From: Phoronis australis | Lineage: Eukaryota > Animalia > Phoronida | DNA: 64,000 bases | Direction: 5' to 3' | NCBI GenBank assembly: GCA_002633005.1 | Contig: NMRA01000020.1 | Location: 1,729,050 to 1,793,049 of the forward strand | Shown here: one piece after another, positions 36,947 through 51,580 of the stretch | Position numbering within the stretch: position 1 is the stretch's first letter | Layout: each line of letters begins with the position of its first letter | Made by a program: the position numbers and the translations under genes | Notes under the pieces: model-generated | Seen by the model: the letters and a program-made list of their open reading frames with translations, nothing else | What the model was told of the DNA's origin: nothing | The model's database searches: none

Positions 36947-39900
36947 TTTTTTTTTTTTTTTTTTGACTTTTTCAGAGATATTTATTAACTCAGCCAACCA
37001 GTACATAGTTGTGTGACAATATGACATCTAGTTTAGTGTACATCAAACAATTTACGAAACATTATCAGACCCTACAAAAGCTAGTTAGGCAAAAAAGACC
37101 ACCTTGCCTGGAATCTCTCAAGATCCAATTTATCATTGTAAATAATTTTTTCCAGGTTGTAGTAATCATATACCTCACGTAAAAATGACTGAAAATTGGG
37201 CTTAGTCTTTTGTAATCTTTGTCTATATAAGTGGAATTTCGCTAAGCAAAGAATTAAATTTACAGCTTCTAATCTACAGGCTGGGTCTCCAAACAAGGCG
37301 GAAGACATATTTAACTGCAGAGGGAAATTGCACTGATTTATCATCCATGTTCTTAAACATCCCCAAAACTTCTGAACAAGTGAACATTCCCAATACAAAT
37401 GTAGAATTGTTTCTTCATGTTGCTCACAGAAAGAACATAAAGACGATTCACTAACACCTATTTTCTTTAAATAAGAGTTTGTACCAATAATTCTGTGGTT
37501 GATACGGAATTGAAACCATCTGAGTCTGACATCAGAAGTACAATGATAAATTACAGAATGAATTTTTTTCCAAGATTTATTTTCATCACATAAGTTAATT
37601 TCTCTCTCCCACTTCAATTCTGCGACAGGTTTTACATATAAATTAGAAATAAATACTTCATAGATTTTCCCAGTCCCTTTATTTTCCGAGGAGATTCGAA
37701 AAATATGTTCTGGAAAAAGTGGAGTGACTATAGTACTCTTGTCTCTTAGATGATTCCAAGAACGAAGTATTGAACTTCGAATTCCATAAAAATGAGTAAT
37801 ACAAGGACAAAATTGAAAACGTTTACAAAAGGTATGATAATCATAAATATATCCATTATCAGGGTCAATTAAATCGTATACGTACCGTATACCCTTTTGA
37901 AACCACTCGTTCCAAAAAATTGGATTACTGTCTATACAAATTTTGGGGTTATACCACAAAGGTTGGTACAAAGGATCCTCTATCTCACAAAGATTGATAA
38001 ATTCGTATAAGATATAAAAAATATCCTTCCAAAAAATATTTTTAGTACGGTTAGATACTTCAAGGAAAAAACAAGAACCTAACTGAAAAGAGTCATTTTT
38101 TATATTAGGAATAATTTCACATAAAATATTTAGCCAAAGAGAAGTATTGTTATAATAATTTTTCAAGAATCTTCGAATCCAAGTCAGTTTAATAGCTTTG
38201 ACAAATGACGCAATATGAACCATATTCCCACCTCCAACTTCAGATTTCTGCACCATGGTTTTTCTAGAGATTCTATCAGAAGAGGTACCCCATATAAAAT
38301 TAAAGAATAGTTTTTCAATGTCCTTAAAAAAGTAGCACTTGGAAGAGGAAGTGTGTAAAAGAGGTGAATCAGTTTTGGTAATAAGAAAGATTTGACAACC
38401 GTTATCTTACCAAAGGTAGACAAATTTCTTTTTGACCAATTTCCAATGCCTTTTCTAACCTCATTTAATTTTACATCGTAGTTTAAGTGAATCATGTCCT
38501 GTAAGTTGACAGAGAAGGTAATTCCAAGAGATGTGAACTGGGAACTTTCCCATTTTAAATCTTTTTCACAACAAAGCCTATCACCACAACATATCTTAGA
38601 ACCAATCCATATACAAACAGTTTTATCGATATTGGGTGTCAAACCAGAATACTTAGCAAACTGATCAAGAAGGTTAAGTGAAGATTTTAAAGAGGCCTCT
38701 GAACCATCTAGAAAGAGGACCGTGTCGTCTGCATATTGCATTAATTTATACTCTAAAGAGCCTACTTTTATGCCTTTAACATTCTCGCATTGCCTCAACA
38801 TAGATGCCATAATTTCGGCACACAACAAAAAAAGATAAGGTGAAAGGGGATCCCCTTGTCTGCAACCTCGGCAAATGTTAAAGTAGTTGGACGTAAAGCC
38901 ATACTGAATGACTGAAAGTTGGACACTTTCATTGAGTATTGTGAACCAACGAATAATATCGTCACCAAAATTGAAATAGTGTAGAACTTTCTTAAGAAAT
39001 CTCCAGGACACAGAATCAAAGGCTTTTTCAAAATCAATTAATACCAGAAGTCCGGGAATATCCTTAACTTGAGTATATTGTAAGATGTCATAAATCACTC
39101 TGGTGTTCTCTCCCATAAAGCGACCTGGGAGAAACCCAGTTTGATTAGGATGAATTAACTTATTTAAAACAGATTTTATCCTTTGTGCAATACATGCTGA
39201 TAATAGTTTATAACTTGAATTTAGTAAGGAGATTGGTCTCCAATTTTTAATGTATTCACGTGGTTTCTTGCCCTTAGGAATCAGAGTAATGACACCTTGA
39301 CGCATAGTGGTAGGGAGACGGCCGGTTCGAAAACTGTAATTAAAAGATTTGATCAAAAATGGCGACAATTCTTTCCAAAAAAATTTGTAAAACTCTACAG
39401 GAAAACCATCAGTCCCCGGAGTTTTGTCATTTTTCATACATTTAAGGACAGTTGCAGCTTCAGTATAAGTTATTGGTCCTTCTAGTTTTTCTTTCAGGTC
39501 GGCGTCCAGTTTAGACATATTTTCAGGGGTCACCAAGTCCTCCAACTCATATTGGAGAGAGTCATTTTCTTTCGCTGCATATAAATTTGCATAGAATTTT
39601 TCGATTGCACGCAGTATAGCTTTTTGGTTCATCAAGCTTCGTCCAGTCTCGTCTATAAGTTTGTGGACATTCTTGTTCACGTAATTGCGTTTTTCTAAGT
39701 TACTAAAATATTTGGACGGTTTTTCACCATCCTCGATCCATTTTGCCCGAGATCTCAGCATCATGCCTTTCACTTTGTCCTTTCTAATATATTCGTAATC
39801 TTTCTGTAAATCTGAATAAATTTCAAGGAGCAGAGCAGAATTACTGTTGCACATCATTTCTCTAAGAAGACTTAATTGCTCCTCTAAATTCTTTTCATGT

Positions 39901-40974
39901 CGATGCTTTTCTTTTTTCTTGAAAGCTGAATAAGACAAAGTATAATTTCTAATATTCAGTAGAATCATCTCAAGAAGAAGAGAGTCGTCTATAGTGGACT
40001 GACCGTCTGACAAATTGGAGACATTATCATGAGATAAATATTCCTTCTCGGTTTTAACTATGATGTCTTTCACATTACTGATATATTCTACATCACATAA
40101 TAAGGATTTGTTAAGTCGCCATAGACCTTTACCTCTAACAAATTTAGAGGCCTGAATAGTAGTCACGACACAATGATGGTCGGTTCTATAACCTGGGGAC
40201 GTTTCAATATTTTCTATCCAAGAGGAAAATTCGTCGGACACTAGAAAAAAGTCCAGACGGGCTTGCTTACAAGGGTTTATTCTGAACCAAGTATAGCTTG
40301 TTGTGTTTGGGTTACGTAAGCGCCACGGGTGGACCAAATTTAACTGTGACATCAGACTGATAACTTGTTTTCTTGCAGCCGGATTGTTTTGGTGTTTGTA
40401 TCCTAAACAGTCAAGATTGAAATCCTGAACCAAATTCCAGTCGCCGCAAATGATTATGAACTCTGAATTGTAGTCAGAGACTACTTGAAGCAGGGTTCTA
40501 AAAAATTCAGGGTCATCCTTGTTGGGACCATAAATATTAGCTAACGTAATTGAGACTCGATTTTCAATAAGTAATTCGATGACAACAAGGTTTCCTTTAT
40601 CATCAAGATGGATTTTACCAACTTCACTTTCAAAGTTATTATTTAGCAATATGCAGACACCTCTCGATTCTCTTGTTCCAGGGCTCATGAAAACATCATA
40701 TCCCCACTGGGCTCTAATAACAGAAATTTCTGATTCAATAAAATGAGTTTCTTGCAAGCAATAAATACTACAACACTTCCGTCTCAAAAATTCAAAGACA
40801 TCCTTTCTCTTAATTGTGTCCCTTAGCCCTCTGCAGTTTAAAGATAAGATACTAACCATGTTCCGACAAAAGACATGACAAATCGGGTCTATCAATTAAA
40901 ATACTAAGTGTGATGTATATAGAACGTACACAAGTTGGTGAATCAACAAAAATCTCGCCCAGAAATATGTAAAA
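36947..40974 (-). mobile_element. 5'-truncated Tx1/L1-clade non-LTR retrotransposon (ORF2 only)
   Basis: Poly(A) tail (T run at 36947-36964). 18-bp TSD AAACAAATAAAATATCTC at 36929-36946 and 40975-40992. No ORF1. Confidence 0.92.
37081..40859 (-). pseudogene. ORF2: APE endonuclease, reverse transcriptase and CCHC finger, with one frameshift near 38310
   Basis: EN motifs SLNCRGL, LQETH, NIYGPN, GDWN, RLDFF, TDH. RT motifs PGTDG, WRPISLLN, DFEKAFD, GCRQGDPLSP, YADD. C-terminal CSFC..ETILHLYWEC. Split into 903-aa and 391-aa ORFs. Confidence 0.93.
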
Positions 40975-43900
40975 AAACAAATAAAATATCTCGAGCCACT
41001 GGAAGAAACTTGAGGATTTTTACCCCGATTTGTTATCCAAGGGACTCGATTTAGTTGCTTTCATTCAAGGTCAAGGTCACGTTACAATTTCACAATCACT
41101 ACTATTTCCTACTGAATATGTCTATAACACTCAAAATAAGGCAATTATGTGCAAATGTTATGTCCAAATGACAATTTTAACTTGCTTTTTTACCAATACT
41201 CAAGCGGCAAACAATTTTGACCTCATTAACCCTGAGTTACATATTCAGTTACTAATTAGCTGAAATCGTAAATATTTATATCTCCCGAAGAACTTGACGC
41301 AATGCGAGGATCTTTGGTCATGTGGACAAACATTGCTAACAACTTATAAAAGTTGCAGTTCCTTGTCCTTGTTTGTCTACCATGTATATTTTGGAGAAAT
41401 GACAGCTAGGGAAATAATCATTCGATATTAACCTTGAATCGTGATGACTGCAAGTATCAAAATAAATCAAGCCCTAGATCCATGTATGCATACAAATGAT
41501 GATATTGGTATCAGGATCAAAAAACACTTCAAAATGGCCATATGGACAAAAATGAGGATGCTTGCAAATCTTGCACAAGCTGACCTTTCAGCTCCTGCGT
41601 CACAATCGTGTTTGGGTGGATTAGTATCATTCAAGGTGAATGAAACTAATCGTAGTATATCTTTGAAATTAATCAAATGTGCCTTACAAATTATGCCTTC
41701 GGGTATTTGAAAGGCGTGGTCATGCAATCTTATTGTAACTTAAGTTAGATGTACTAGAAATAGCGTTTTATTTATTTATAATTATTTTGTGCTTGCTGCC
41801 ACGCAGTGTCACTTGACAAAGAAATGATTGCTTGAATGATTTGGAGGACATACACCAGTAACAGTATAGATTGTTCGATTAAAACAACCAAAGAATACAT
41901 GCTCTATTCCAAGGTATTTTTTTAAGATAACCGTTCAGAATTCCTTTCGATATGAGACTGAGTTCATGACTTCTACTTCCGGTAGCATCAACATATTTTG
42001 TGGATAATTAGAGATTTTTATCACATGTGTACCAAAACGTGAAAATCGGACTTAAGGAATTGGTATTTGGATACCCATTCAGCAACTAAATTGTTATTGG
42101 ATACAAGACTTTGTCTGCTTGAATGAGAGTGGATAAAGACTAAAGCAATGCGCACATGTCTATTTTATAATCTAATCACGTATATCAGGACGTGAACAGT
42201 AGAATGGTTGTGTGCGGGGATTTTTTTTTGTATTTTCTCACATTGATCGAAATATATAAAAGTAAGAATTGAATAAATAAGATTCGTGATTAACCACAAG
42301 GCTACATAAAAGAGTTTTAATTTAGGATTCTTTAAAAACAAATTGAAAATTTAATACTTACGTTTCAATTTTGCCTTCTGTTAAATTTCCTTATGTACAT
42401 GTATGGGACTTCATAGTGCCGCGAATTTGCAAGTAAGGATTTGTTATAGACGCGGACGATTTGCCTTGCAACTAAGTTTGCAGAAAGATAAACATTCTAT
42501 TTCAAAGAGTTTATGATCTTTTTCGTCTAATCAATTTACATAAGTTTTTTCGAAACAGCTGATTTTAAAAATCGGTCAAACCAAAGTTCTCTACGAAAAA
42601 GATGAAGTAGTATTATACTGTCCAAAATAAATTAATTCAGTTTTCAGAAGGAAGTGAGATGAACCGAAGGGTATGTGCCTTCAATAGTTGCAGACGTGAC
42701 GGTGAAACCTTCGAGGAGGCCACCATAGGCGAGCAGCGTGGGTCAGCGATAGTCGTGAAAAGAAATTCAAAGCAAAACACGTAGGAGACAAATTTAGGGA
42801 GCATTTGTAAACGGTGAGTGTAGGGTTTACTCTTCGGGGACCTGGCCAGGACATTTTTGTCAGGCAGTCCCAGTTTAAAAAATGCCTTAGAACACGCAAA
42901 TTTTCAATAGTCGACAATTTCAAAGCTGTACTTTTCCGGGAACCCCTCTCTGGCAAGAAATAATCGAATCTACTGTCGCTCTCTTTTTGGAGAAAGTGTG
43001 TTTCATTTGATATACAACCCAACTCTTGGAGGAGGCTCGTTGATGGCACCTGCAGAAAACTGACTTTGGGACCACAGATGTAAAACTTTGGCGAAATCAA
43101 TTAATTTGTCGCCCCCTCTCTGTATGGTCCTGCTAAAGTGACCAAAGAAGAGGTAAAACTGTTGCTGGCGGGTATAACTGGTATCGAAGGGGGTGCAGGT
43201 GGATGTAAAATGACTGTGGATTGGGAATTGCGATAAAGTAAAACTGCTAATCGATCCGGTTTCGCAACAAAATGGCCGAACATTAAGACGTTGACAAGAA
43301 CACAAAAATCTCGCTTTCAGGGCTGATGTTTTTCTTCAAAACGGCACACAAAAGTTATGCTCAGCTTGATTTTTGAGCCAAAAACAACTTCGTGTAGTTT
43401 GTAACGAAATTTGGCTATTTTTAGAATGATCAAAACAACAACGCCATCATTACTGAATGGTATAGAAATTGCGATGCATAACATCGTTAAATAGCGACAC
43501 CGTACCGTTGAAAACTGCACTCGACGGTGGAACGGTTCTTCCCTGCTCTGTCATAGTTGGTCGCTCCTTTGCTTTCTTGTCTCTTGGTGAAAAATTACTG
43601 TCGATGTTTTTCGATTTTTACGAGAGAAATTTTCGAGAAAGACTTCGTCGAAACCTAAATGACGAACACTCTCGATGACACTTGTTTATTACTGGAGACC
43701 AACAGTGACAACAAGAATACGTTTTTACAAACATTAAACTGCCTAAATAATGTTTGCCTGGTTTTATACTACTGGGAATGTACGCAGGGTACTTCTGCAA
43801 TTATCATTATTTCAATTTCACCAACCTCCAAGTGACGAGATTATTCCTGCCCTCCTCTGGAAGATGTCGGTGAGTTTTTATTGATCGTGTTTCATTTTTT

Positions 43901-46900
43901 CGAGTATTACAGTTTCTGCTTCACAGCGTGGGTAAGTCATGTCCAGCAAAGGTTACCGTGATATCAGTTTTAGTGGATAACAGATATTTGCAGCAAGAGA
44001 CCTATTTATTGCTTCACAGCTGCACGCCTGAAGATAGGAGATTGTTTGGAGACTACGAGCGAGTATTGTATGCTGTCAAACAAAAAACACAATCGTGTTT
44101 TCAACCTAATTCGAATAAAAGAGAAACTGTACTCCTACTCCACCACGCGTGGTTTCCATTAGAATGCTCCAGACCCCTCCCTGTTTATGCTGTTGTTTTA
44201 ATGTTGCCACTTAATATTTTCGTATCTCGACTTAAAGAGAATCTTCTATTCGTTCTCTGTTCTTTAAAAAAAATTTATTTAACCCACCGACCATCCGTCT
44301 TTTACATGAGTTTACACTTAGTGACGAAAACAATTATTTCTTACTATATTCAGTCATGTGTGTCTTACGCTTTTGCGTTGTTATTACCGTTTCCATTGAC
44401 TACATGTAGTCCCAGTTCTCGCTACCGTTTTTGTTATTCTCGTTTGTTAATAATAAGTTCTTGTCTATTTTTCCTGCGTCATAATTCCCATTATCCCACT
44501 ATTGTTGCACTCAAAAGTCCTATCACTAATTTCGATGAAAAATATGTTCGAAAAACAATCAAATCACTTTCTTTCTGCATCAAATATTAATTTCTAATTT
44601 TTATTTTTTCAGAAATATTTATTAGGAGCATGAGAAAAAAATCTGACTTAAAACTAAGTCACTCGTCATTAAACAGAGCCCAGGCATTATTGTTTCAAAT
44701 AGATTAAAAAAACTGGTTGACCGATACACGACATTAAAGACATTGTGACTAGGCGCGCCATAGAGCGAGTCCATTATCGTTGGATTAGATTCACATCGTC
44801 AAAAATAGAGTTACATGATCATGAACCTGTAGATTATACATTCCTTTGTAGTCTGCTCATTCTTATTTCGAATCATTTATTGCCGAAAATATGCTAGTCG
44901 TAGCATTTTGTCAATCATGCACGGAAATTATTTCAACGCAAATAACCTTTCTCTCGTTAGCTTTTTAATTTCGACTATGTTCTGTTGACCAGCGAAGCAT
45001 GTTCATTGCTCATTAAGTTGGAATGTTTGGAATACTTTTTCATTTATACCACGTAAGAGTAGTTCTCTTCAATGGTAATTGAAATTGGAACACTGAAACA
45101 AAAAACATTCATCTTTATTACAGTAAAAATAGTGCATAAGTATCCACTTCCGGTGTACTAAATGTTTATTTTTATCATCGGGTTATGATTAAAACATCGA
45201 CATTTGGTTAACTGTCTCCTAAATGCTGCAAATGGAAACTGCACATGTTTAAGCTTCCGTTGCTGACACCAGAAAATCAATATCGTTTTTCATATTGAGT
45301 ATCAAATTGTTTATTTGAATGAGCCACGTTCGACCATTGTTTATGTGTGGAGTAAGTTACTGCGCGTCTCAAATTTCAACAGTTTACTCCCATTTCTTGT
45401 GTTTGTGGCACGCGTGTTAGTTTCGATTAAGGGTTGCCATTGATTGTTGTGGTCTGATCACAAATTGATCACGTTTGATACAAAATTGTTTACCTTGCTA
45501 ATATGCAGTTCTACATGTATAAGTTGCCATAACTTAGAGAGAATGTTGTTGCAATGTTCAGTATTATGTTTTGGGTCATGTTCTTGTGTGTAAACTAAAC
45601 CTGTTTATGTTCGTTGTTTGATCGGACGTATGAATTTCCACAGTGACGTACTATAACCCTTGTTTTGATGATCGCGTTCGTTTGAAAATGTTTTCTGCCA
45701 CTCATTTGATTCGAGAGGTCGAAGATTTCCCAGAACTAATGGTTGATATCTCATGAGATGTGGGCGCTTTTGATTGATAATTTATATCAGTTGACCACTT
45801 CATGGCATTCTCAAGGTCATTGGCGAATGGAAAATCGTGGACCATTTTTGAACATTTCTTGATTTCTGACATGGTGACATTTTGGCAACTGATATGATTT
45901 TGATCTTCATAAAAAGATAATGATATCCGTGAAAACGTTCCGTTGTCATTGTATTCAGGATTATTTAATATTTCAAACTTCAGTTTCTACCTTTCGTGGG
46001 ATGAATGGCAAATATGTGTCGCATGGTATACATGTAAATGTCACCGTATCGAGACACGTGAGTGCCGAATTTGTTTGCTGAAAACTGTCCAGGACATGCT
46101 ACTGGACCCAAACCCCCAAATATAGGTGCGCATGGACAAATGGAGGTTGGTTTAGTTTATTTGCCGGTGTTCAAACTATATTACGTACTACTACTCTACT
46201 ACAAGTGTTCTCGAGCATTTCTGAACTCCAGAAATTTCACACTACCTTTATACACGAATTATTTCGACTAATCTGTTGCGTCGAGATGAGATTGAGAATG
46301 CCATCAAGTCCTGTAGTCCCTATGAAACGGCCTGAAACAAAAATCTGCAATGACGAAAACGCACTCGTGTATCTTAAGGAAAACTTTTAATGAGGACCAG
46401 AAAATTATTCGTGAAATTCATAATTGTTTAGTTTAATATAGAACCTGGCCACTAACAAAAGCTAGAGGGCTAGACCGGTCCAGTCCTGGTTGTAACATGG
46501 CACGTACAGTACTAAAAGTGTTGCAGCTTCGTATATGCCTATTTTATGTAGCGATATCGAAGCAAAACATTTTGCATCTCAGACATTCCGTGTAAGTTCT
46601 GTTTTTGTTTGTGGAATTCTGTAAATTAGACGATCGTTTGGAATCTGGTCGAAAAAATTTTATTCCAGGTTTTCTGTTTTTTGTTTGTTATGAAGTGTGA
46701 TTTTAACTATAGCGTGATAGTCAATTATGAGTAAAAGAAAAGCGTGGTAATGCCTTCCTGTCAGTTACTTACTCAAAGTCCATTTAACACAGTCAAATTA
46801 CAAATGCATGTTCTATGAAACGACGAGTTGTCGGTGTTGCTGTTTGATATATTTCCTCTTTGCCAATGCATGTATTATTCAACTTGAAAAATATTAAATT

Positions 46901-48107
46901 ACTTTTTACACACGCAGCACTAACCATCATTCACAAGTCTCTTTCACAGCTAGTTATCGCCAATTTGTCTTTCAAGTGACCTGAAAGTTTATTGATTTTT
47001 TCAGAGGTTATTACGGCTGTATGGAGTATGCCCACCTGTATTGACGGAAACACTCATTGAAAACACAATTTCGAAAAGAATAACACTTCAAATATTGGCC
47101 ATGCGTATGCGTTAACAGTCGCGTACACCTGAGATGGTCTGACTGTTGATTATATGCTCTCAACGGTAAACACAAAAAATTGAACTGAAATAAAATGTTT
47201 AATGTTAACGGTTGTAATGGTAGTATCGTAAGGTTCATAAAACTTAGAAAATTAAAAGAATAATTAACTAAAATAGTGATGATAGGTTCGGGCCGTCGTA
47301 TTCTTAAAATTTAAGTGCATTTTTAAAGACAGTCCTTTCTTTTTGCCATAAAAATAAGTACATTTCTTTAAAATCACCATCTCGTATTACAATCCTATAT
47401 TGATTTTATTTTTGCGCTCTAAATTTCCTAATGTTGATACAGATGAATTTATAATAAATCATTTTGATTATTGATGATTTATAAAAACTACAATTGATTT
47501 GAATTGTTTTTTACGTCATCATCATCCTCATCATCATCATCATTATTTTAAAAAATAACACTTATTATTAATTAATAATGATGATGTTTGATGCATCGAA
47601 ATATGTCCAAGTTGAAAAATTTCGTTGGTTTTCTTAACAATTAATGACAATACTGATAATCATAGTAATTCTCATGATAGCACTAAACATTGTTTTGATA
47701 ATGTTTCATGAATATCCAATAATTCTCAGAATAATGATATCGATATTGTCATAACTTAATTCTTGTTTTATTCACATATACCGGTAATACTGCGAGTATC
47801 TTGTAGACTTCCAGAAATCGATATTTCCAAATTCCTAACAGAAAAAATACGAACTCTTAATCTCACAAATAATTGATATTGTAATAATGACCTAGAACAA
47901 ACTTTAAAACAGCACAAATTAATAAATACAGCCAATGCCATAATAAGATTACACAAGACAAAATGTAAATGATTCTAAGTTCAAATTGAAATCGAATTAG
48001 GATGTGTATCATGGAGTAAGTGTGATAAAAATGGTTGAAATTACCAGGTATGTGCAAGACTCAAGTTTGTGTCGCAGTTTCAAAAGTAGGATTCAAAATT
48101 AATTTAT

Positions 48108-48480
48108 TGGGGACAAATAAAACAACAAGAATAATAAATATTTTAAGTTGTATTGGCAATTTCAGGGTCACAGCTCTACAAATAAATATTTCACAGAAGG
48201 AACCAGATGGGTTCCTTAATTACAAGAGATAACACACACATTTCCGATACCCAANCCTACCAACTGGGTCGAGCAAAGCGGCAAATTCAATAACAAGTAC
48301 CAAGTGGGTACAAACTGCCAAAGGGGCAAACATCATATAAAGTACCAAGTGGGTACACCAAACAGCCAACTGGGCTATAACAACCTGCAAAGCAGGTTCC
48401 GGACAAGCTGAGTGAGCAGACCAGCCGGAGTGATAAAAAGAGATATTGTAAGGAACGTGGTGTTGTGGCTCAGTATGTGC
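48108..48480 (-). repeat. Dispersed repeat, inverted copy of 61455-61920
   Basis: Near-identical reverse complement, with internal GTACCCACTTGGTACTT duplications. Confidence 0.85.
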
Positions 48481-50879
48481 CACATGGGCAGGGTTGTTCT
48501 TGGATGAACAATCCTGTCCACCGCCACAACTCACGTGGGTGCCGTGACCCTGGTAGATGAGTGACAAGGGATGGGAGAAAAAGGTAGCCACAAGCAATGA
48601 GAAAAGGACTGATACCAGTCCCGGATTTGCCTCCATACTAGTGAAGGTCGCCCCCCTCCCCCGCCCTCTGGGGTGCAGGCACGATGTTAGACTTGGGGCA
48701 CGGCACACGAGGACAGATTGGATAACTCACGGTGAGCAGTACCGCTCCCGCCAAGTTCGAAGCCCAGCCACACCCTGGTTGCCGAGAGACCCGGAGTTGT
48801 GGTTGCTATACATTACAGGCACCTCTACTGACCCCATACTACATTCACCTAGCATACACTGCTATGCCTTAACTACAAGGGAAATTGCACCACATAACGG
48901 CGCAAGCACAAACCTACTTGGAGGACCTGCGGTGGTTCCCACCCGATCATCGCATGGCACAGGACCACCCTACGCTCCCGGCCGGGCTTTCCCCGGGTCC
49001 AAGCCGCCCCCCAAAGGCCAACTATCCCTCTCATATCGCGGCAAATCCTAGCGAAATTCAGCCGGTTTAGGGCACACTTTAGTACCTCAAGTTTAGTGCC
49101 CCCAGTTATTACGAATCTAATGCATCATGTACATGTATGAGCTAGGGTAGAGCAGCCGAAGAGAACTGGCGTTCAGGTTCCTATGTCCGAAGGTATTGCG
49201 GTGGAACAATTAACTTGCGTACCAGAAGAGGTAAGCCTTGTGACAATGGATGGGGAGTAACCTCACACAGAAGCATGTGCTTTTAAGGAAACTCGCTGCA
49301 AAATTGTACTGAAAACAGAAAGATTGTATTTTTTTGTAAAACATTTTTATTTATTTTTTTCTTAACATTTTTATTTATTTATTTTTATTCGTGTTTTAAA
49401 TATTATTTATTTACTTTTTAAATGTATTTTTATTTAGTTTTTACATTTGTTATTCAGTTTTTTTAAATAGTGTTATTTGCTTTTATTTTTTTCATTTTTT
49501 ACATAAGTTAGGAAAGATGTGATGGTGGAGGAAAGGTAAAGGACCATCAGCATGGGAGATGTCATTTCATATAAAGATTATGAACAGAACTAAAATCAGT
49601 ATTCAAACAGTCCTATTTATTTGCTGATGCTTTTAAGATGAAAACCGACAGCTTGATAAAAATCATTAATTAAAACCATGTATCAAGCTATCTGCCACAG
49701 ACAGACCTTCATACTGAAACTTGGATGTCTACTATATGTCTAAGAAAAATGAAATTTCTATACTAATCCTACAGAACACAACTATACGAGAGAGCAGAGC
49801 AGCAACAGGCTCTCAGGAATAATGATACCCCAAGTCGTATAAAATAGACCACACCAAGTACACGAATCAGGAAGCAACTTGGTCTACAAAATATGATTGG
49901 CAGTAAAGGCTAGGACCCTATCATTGTGTTCAACAAATATCCTAGAGCTAAGCAAAAGGACAAATAACATTTGTGCTGTCGATGTCAGGAAAAGATGGGC
50001 ACAACTAGTCAGTAAATGCAATTAAGCCTAGGGTTCTGGTATCATGAAAGTTTAGTCTAGAAAGTTCCATTGCTGGCAGGAGGTCATCAGCACTATGCAA
50101 CAAGTTATTGTGTAATTACATAAGAGTGAAACCACAGGATGGCCATTACCATGAAATCTGGGTCAATGAGCACTGCAGCTGAATTTGGGCTAGTGTGATC
50201 CCCGTGTGCTTGGGTGACAAAATTTTAGGAAGTAGGTTAGGCACATTTGCGTGCAATATAGGTCAACAAAATGAAATCCTAAATAAAAATCTTGTGTTAA
50301 AATAAGTCAGACACTACTGGTAATCTGATATGATTTGTACGCCTAAAGGGGCGGATGTAACCCACTAGTGTGACAGTGACGCGTTTTTAAAAAACTTGGC
50401 GCAGTGACGTGGATACTGTTTAGGCCTACTAATAGCCCAGGTGTAGTGGATCCTGGGTTGCAAATGAAAACGACCCTACTTCAGCGGGTAAGGACAACTG
50501 TTAGAGTGACTGGCTTAGACCAAATTACACCGAAATGAACTAGTATATACAAAAATCGTAAAATTAAAGGAAACAGCTTAAGCCGGTCATGCCCTCGCTC
50601 TGGAGGCACTCGAGCGCAGATTTCGTAGGACTAAGCTATACGCGCCTGGGCAGCGGACAACTGAGCAGGCATGTGAGACGTGATCTCATCGATCATAACG
50701 TCCGCCTATCTGGCACTACAGTAGCCGACTATTCGAAAATCGTCCTGGTGAAAAATACGCGACCACGATGGTAGACGAAAACAAAAGTTGACGCATTAAC
50801 GGTAAGCGCGGTTGGAATAGGTTAAAATTATGCCGAGAGAACGAAATGTGAAGTATTATGTGATAGCCATTGGCACGAG

Positions 50880-51580
50880 TGTTTTAAAATCTTTAACACG
50901 TTTTGTTGTTATTATTATTTTTATTTTATTAGTTTATTTTTTAATTATTATTTATTTAGTTTGAAGCAATGTTTTAGTGTACGTTTTAGTTTGTTTATTA
51001 GTTGTATTATCTGTTGGTTTTTTAATTTTTATTGATTTTTTCGTGCGGTGGTAAAGTATATATATATTTTTAAGTGTTCGTTCGGAAGGAAGTATGCCGG
51101 TCAAAAGGGTAGATAAACATGGTAGGGTTAGGGCCGGTGACGAAGTACTTGAAAAGGCCTAACAAACAACATATCCAAGGGTGAGTACAGTATTTCCGAA
51201 TCTTTCATGGAAAGTCGTATAAAATGTCAACAGAGATCCAAATTTATTTTTTTTTCTATTATTATTGCTATTTTATTATTATTATTTATTATTATTATTA
51301 GAATTGTATTATTATTATTATTATATTTTTTAATATTATTAGTATTTTATTATTATTATTATTAGTAGTATTTTTATTATTACTATTATTTATCATTATT
51401 CTTTAATAATTATTTCATTATTATTAGTTATTATTATATATTATTGTTATTTTATTATTATTTTATTAGTTTTTTTATTTTATTATTATTATTATTTTTT
51501 ATTATTATTAGCGTTTTTTGATTATTATTTTTTTTACTATTATTGTTTTGTTTTACTTAGTTCCAAAATTTAATTACTAT
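50880..51580. repeat. (TAT)n-type low-complexity tracts
   Basis: Degenerate TTA/TAT runs at 50905-51040 and 51245-51545. Confidence 0.85.

Noticed and set aside
42681-43600. ORF1 of the adjacent LINE
   Set aside because: The TSD places the LINE's 5' end at 40974.
43865-44590. 220-aa ORF or small spliced plus-strand gene
   Set aside because: There is no domain signal, and the model needs introns of only ~42-52 nt.
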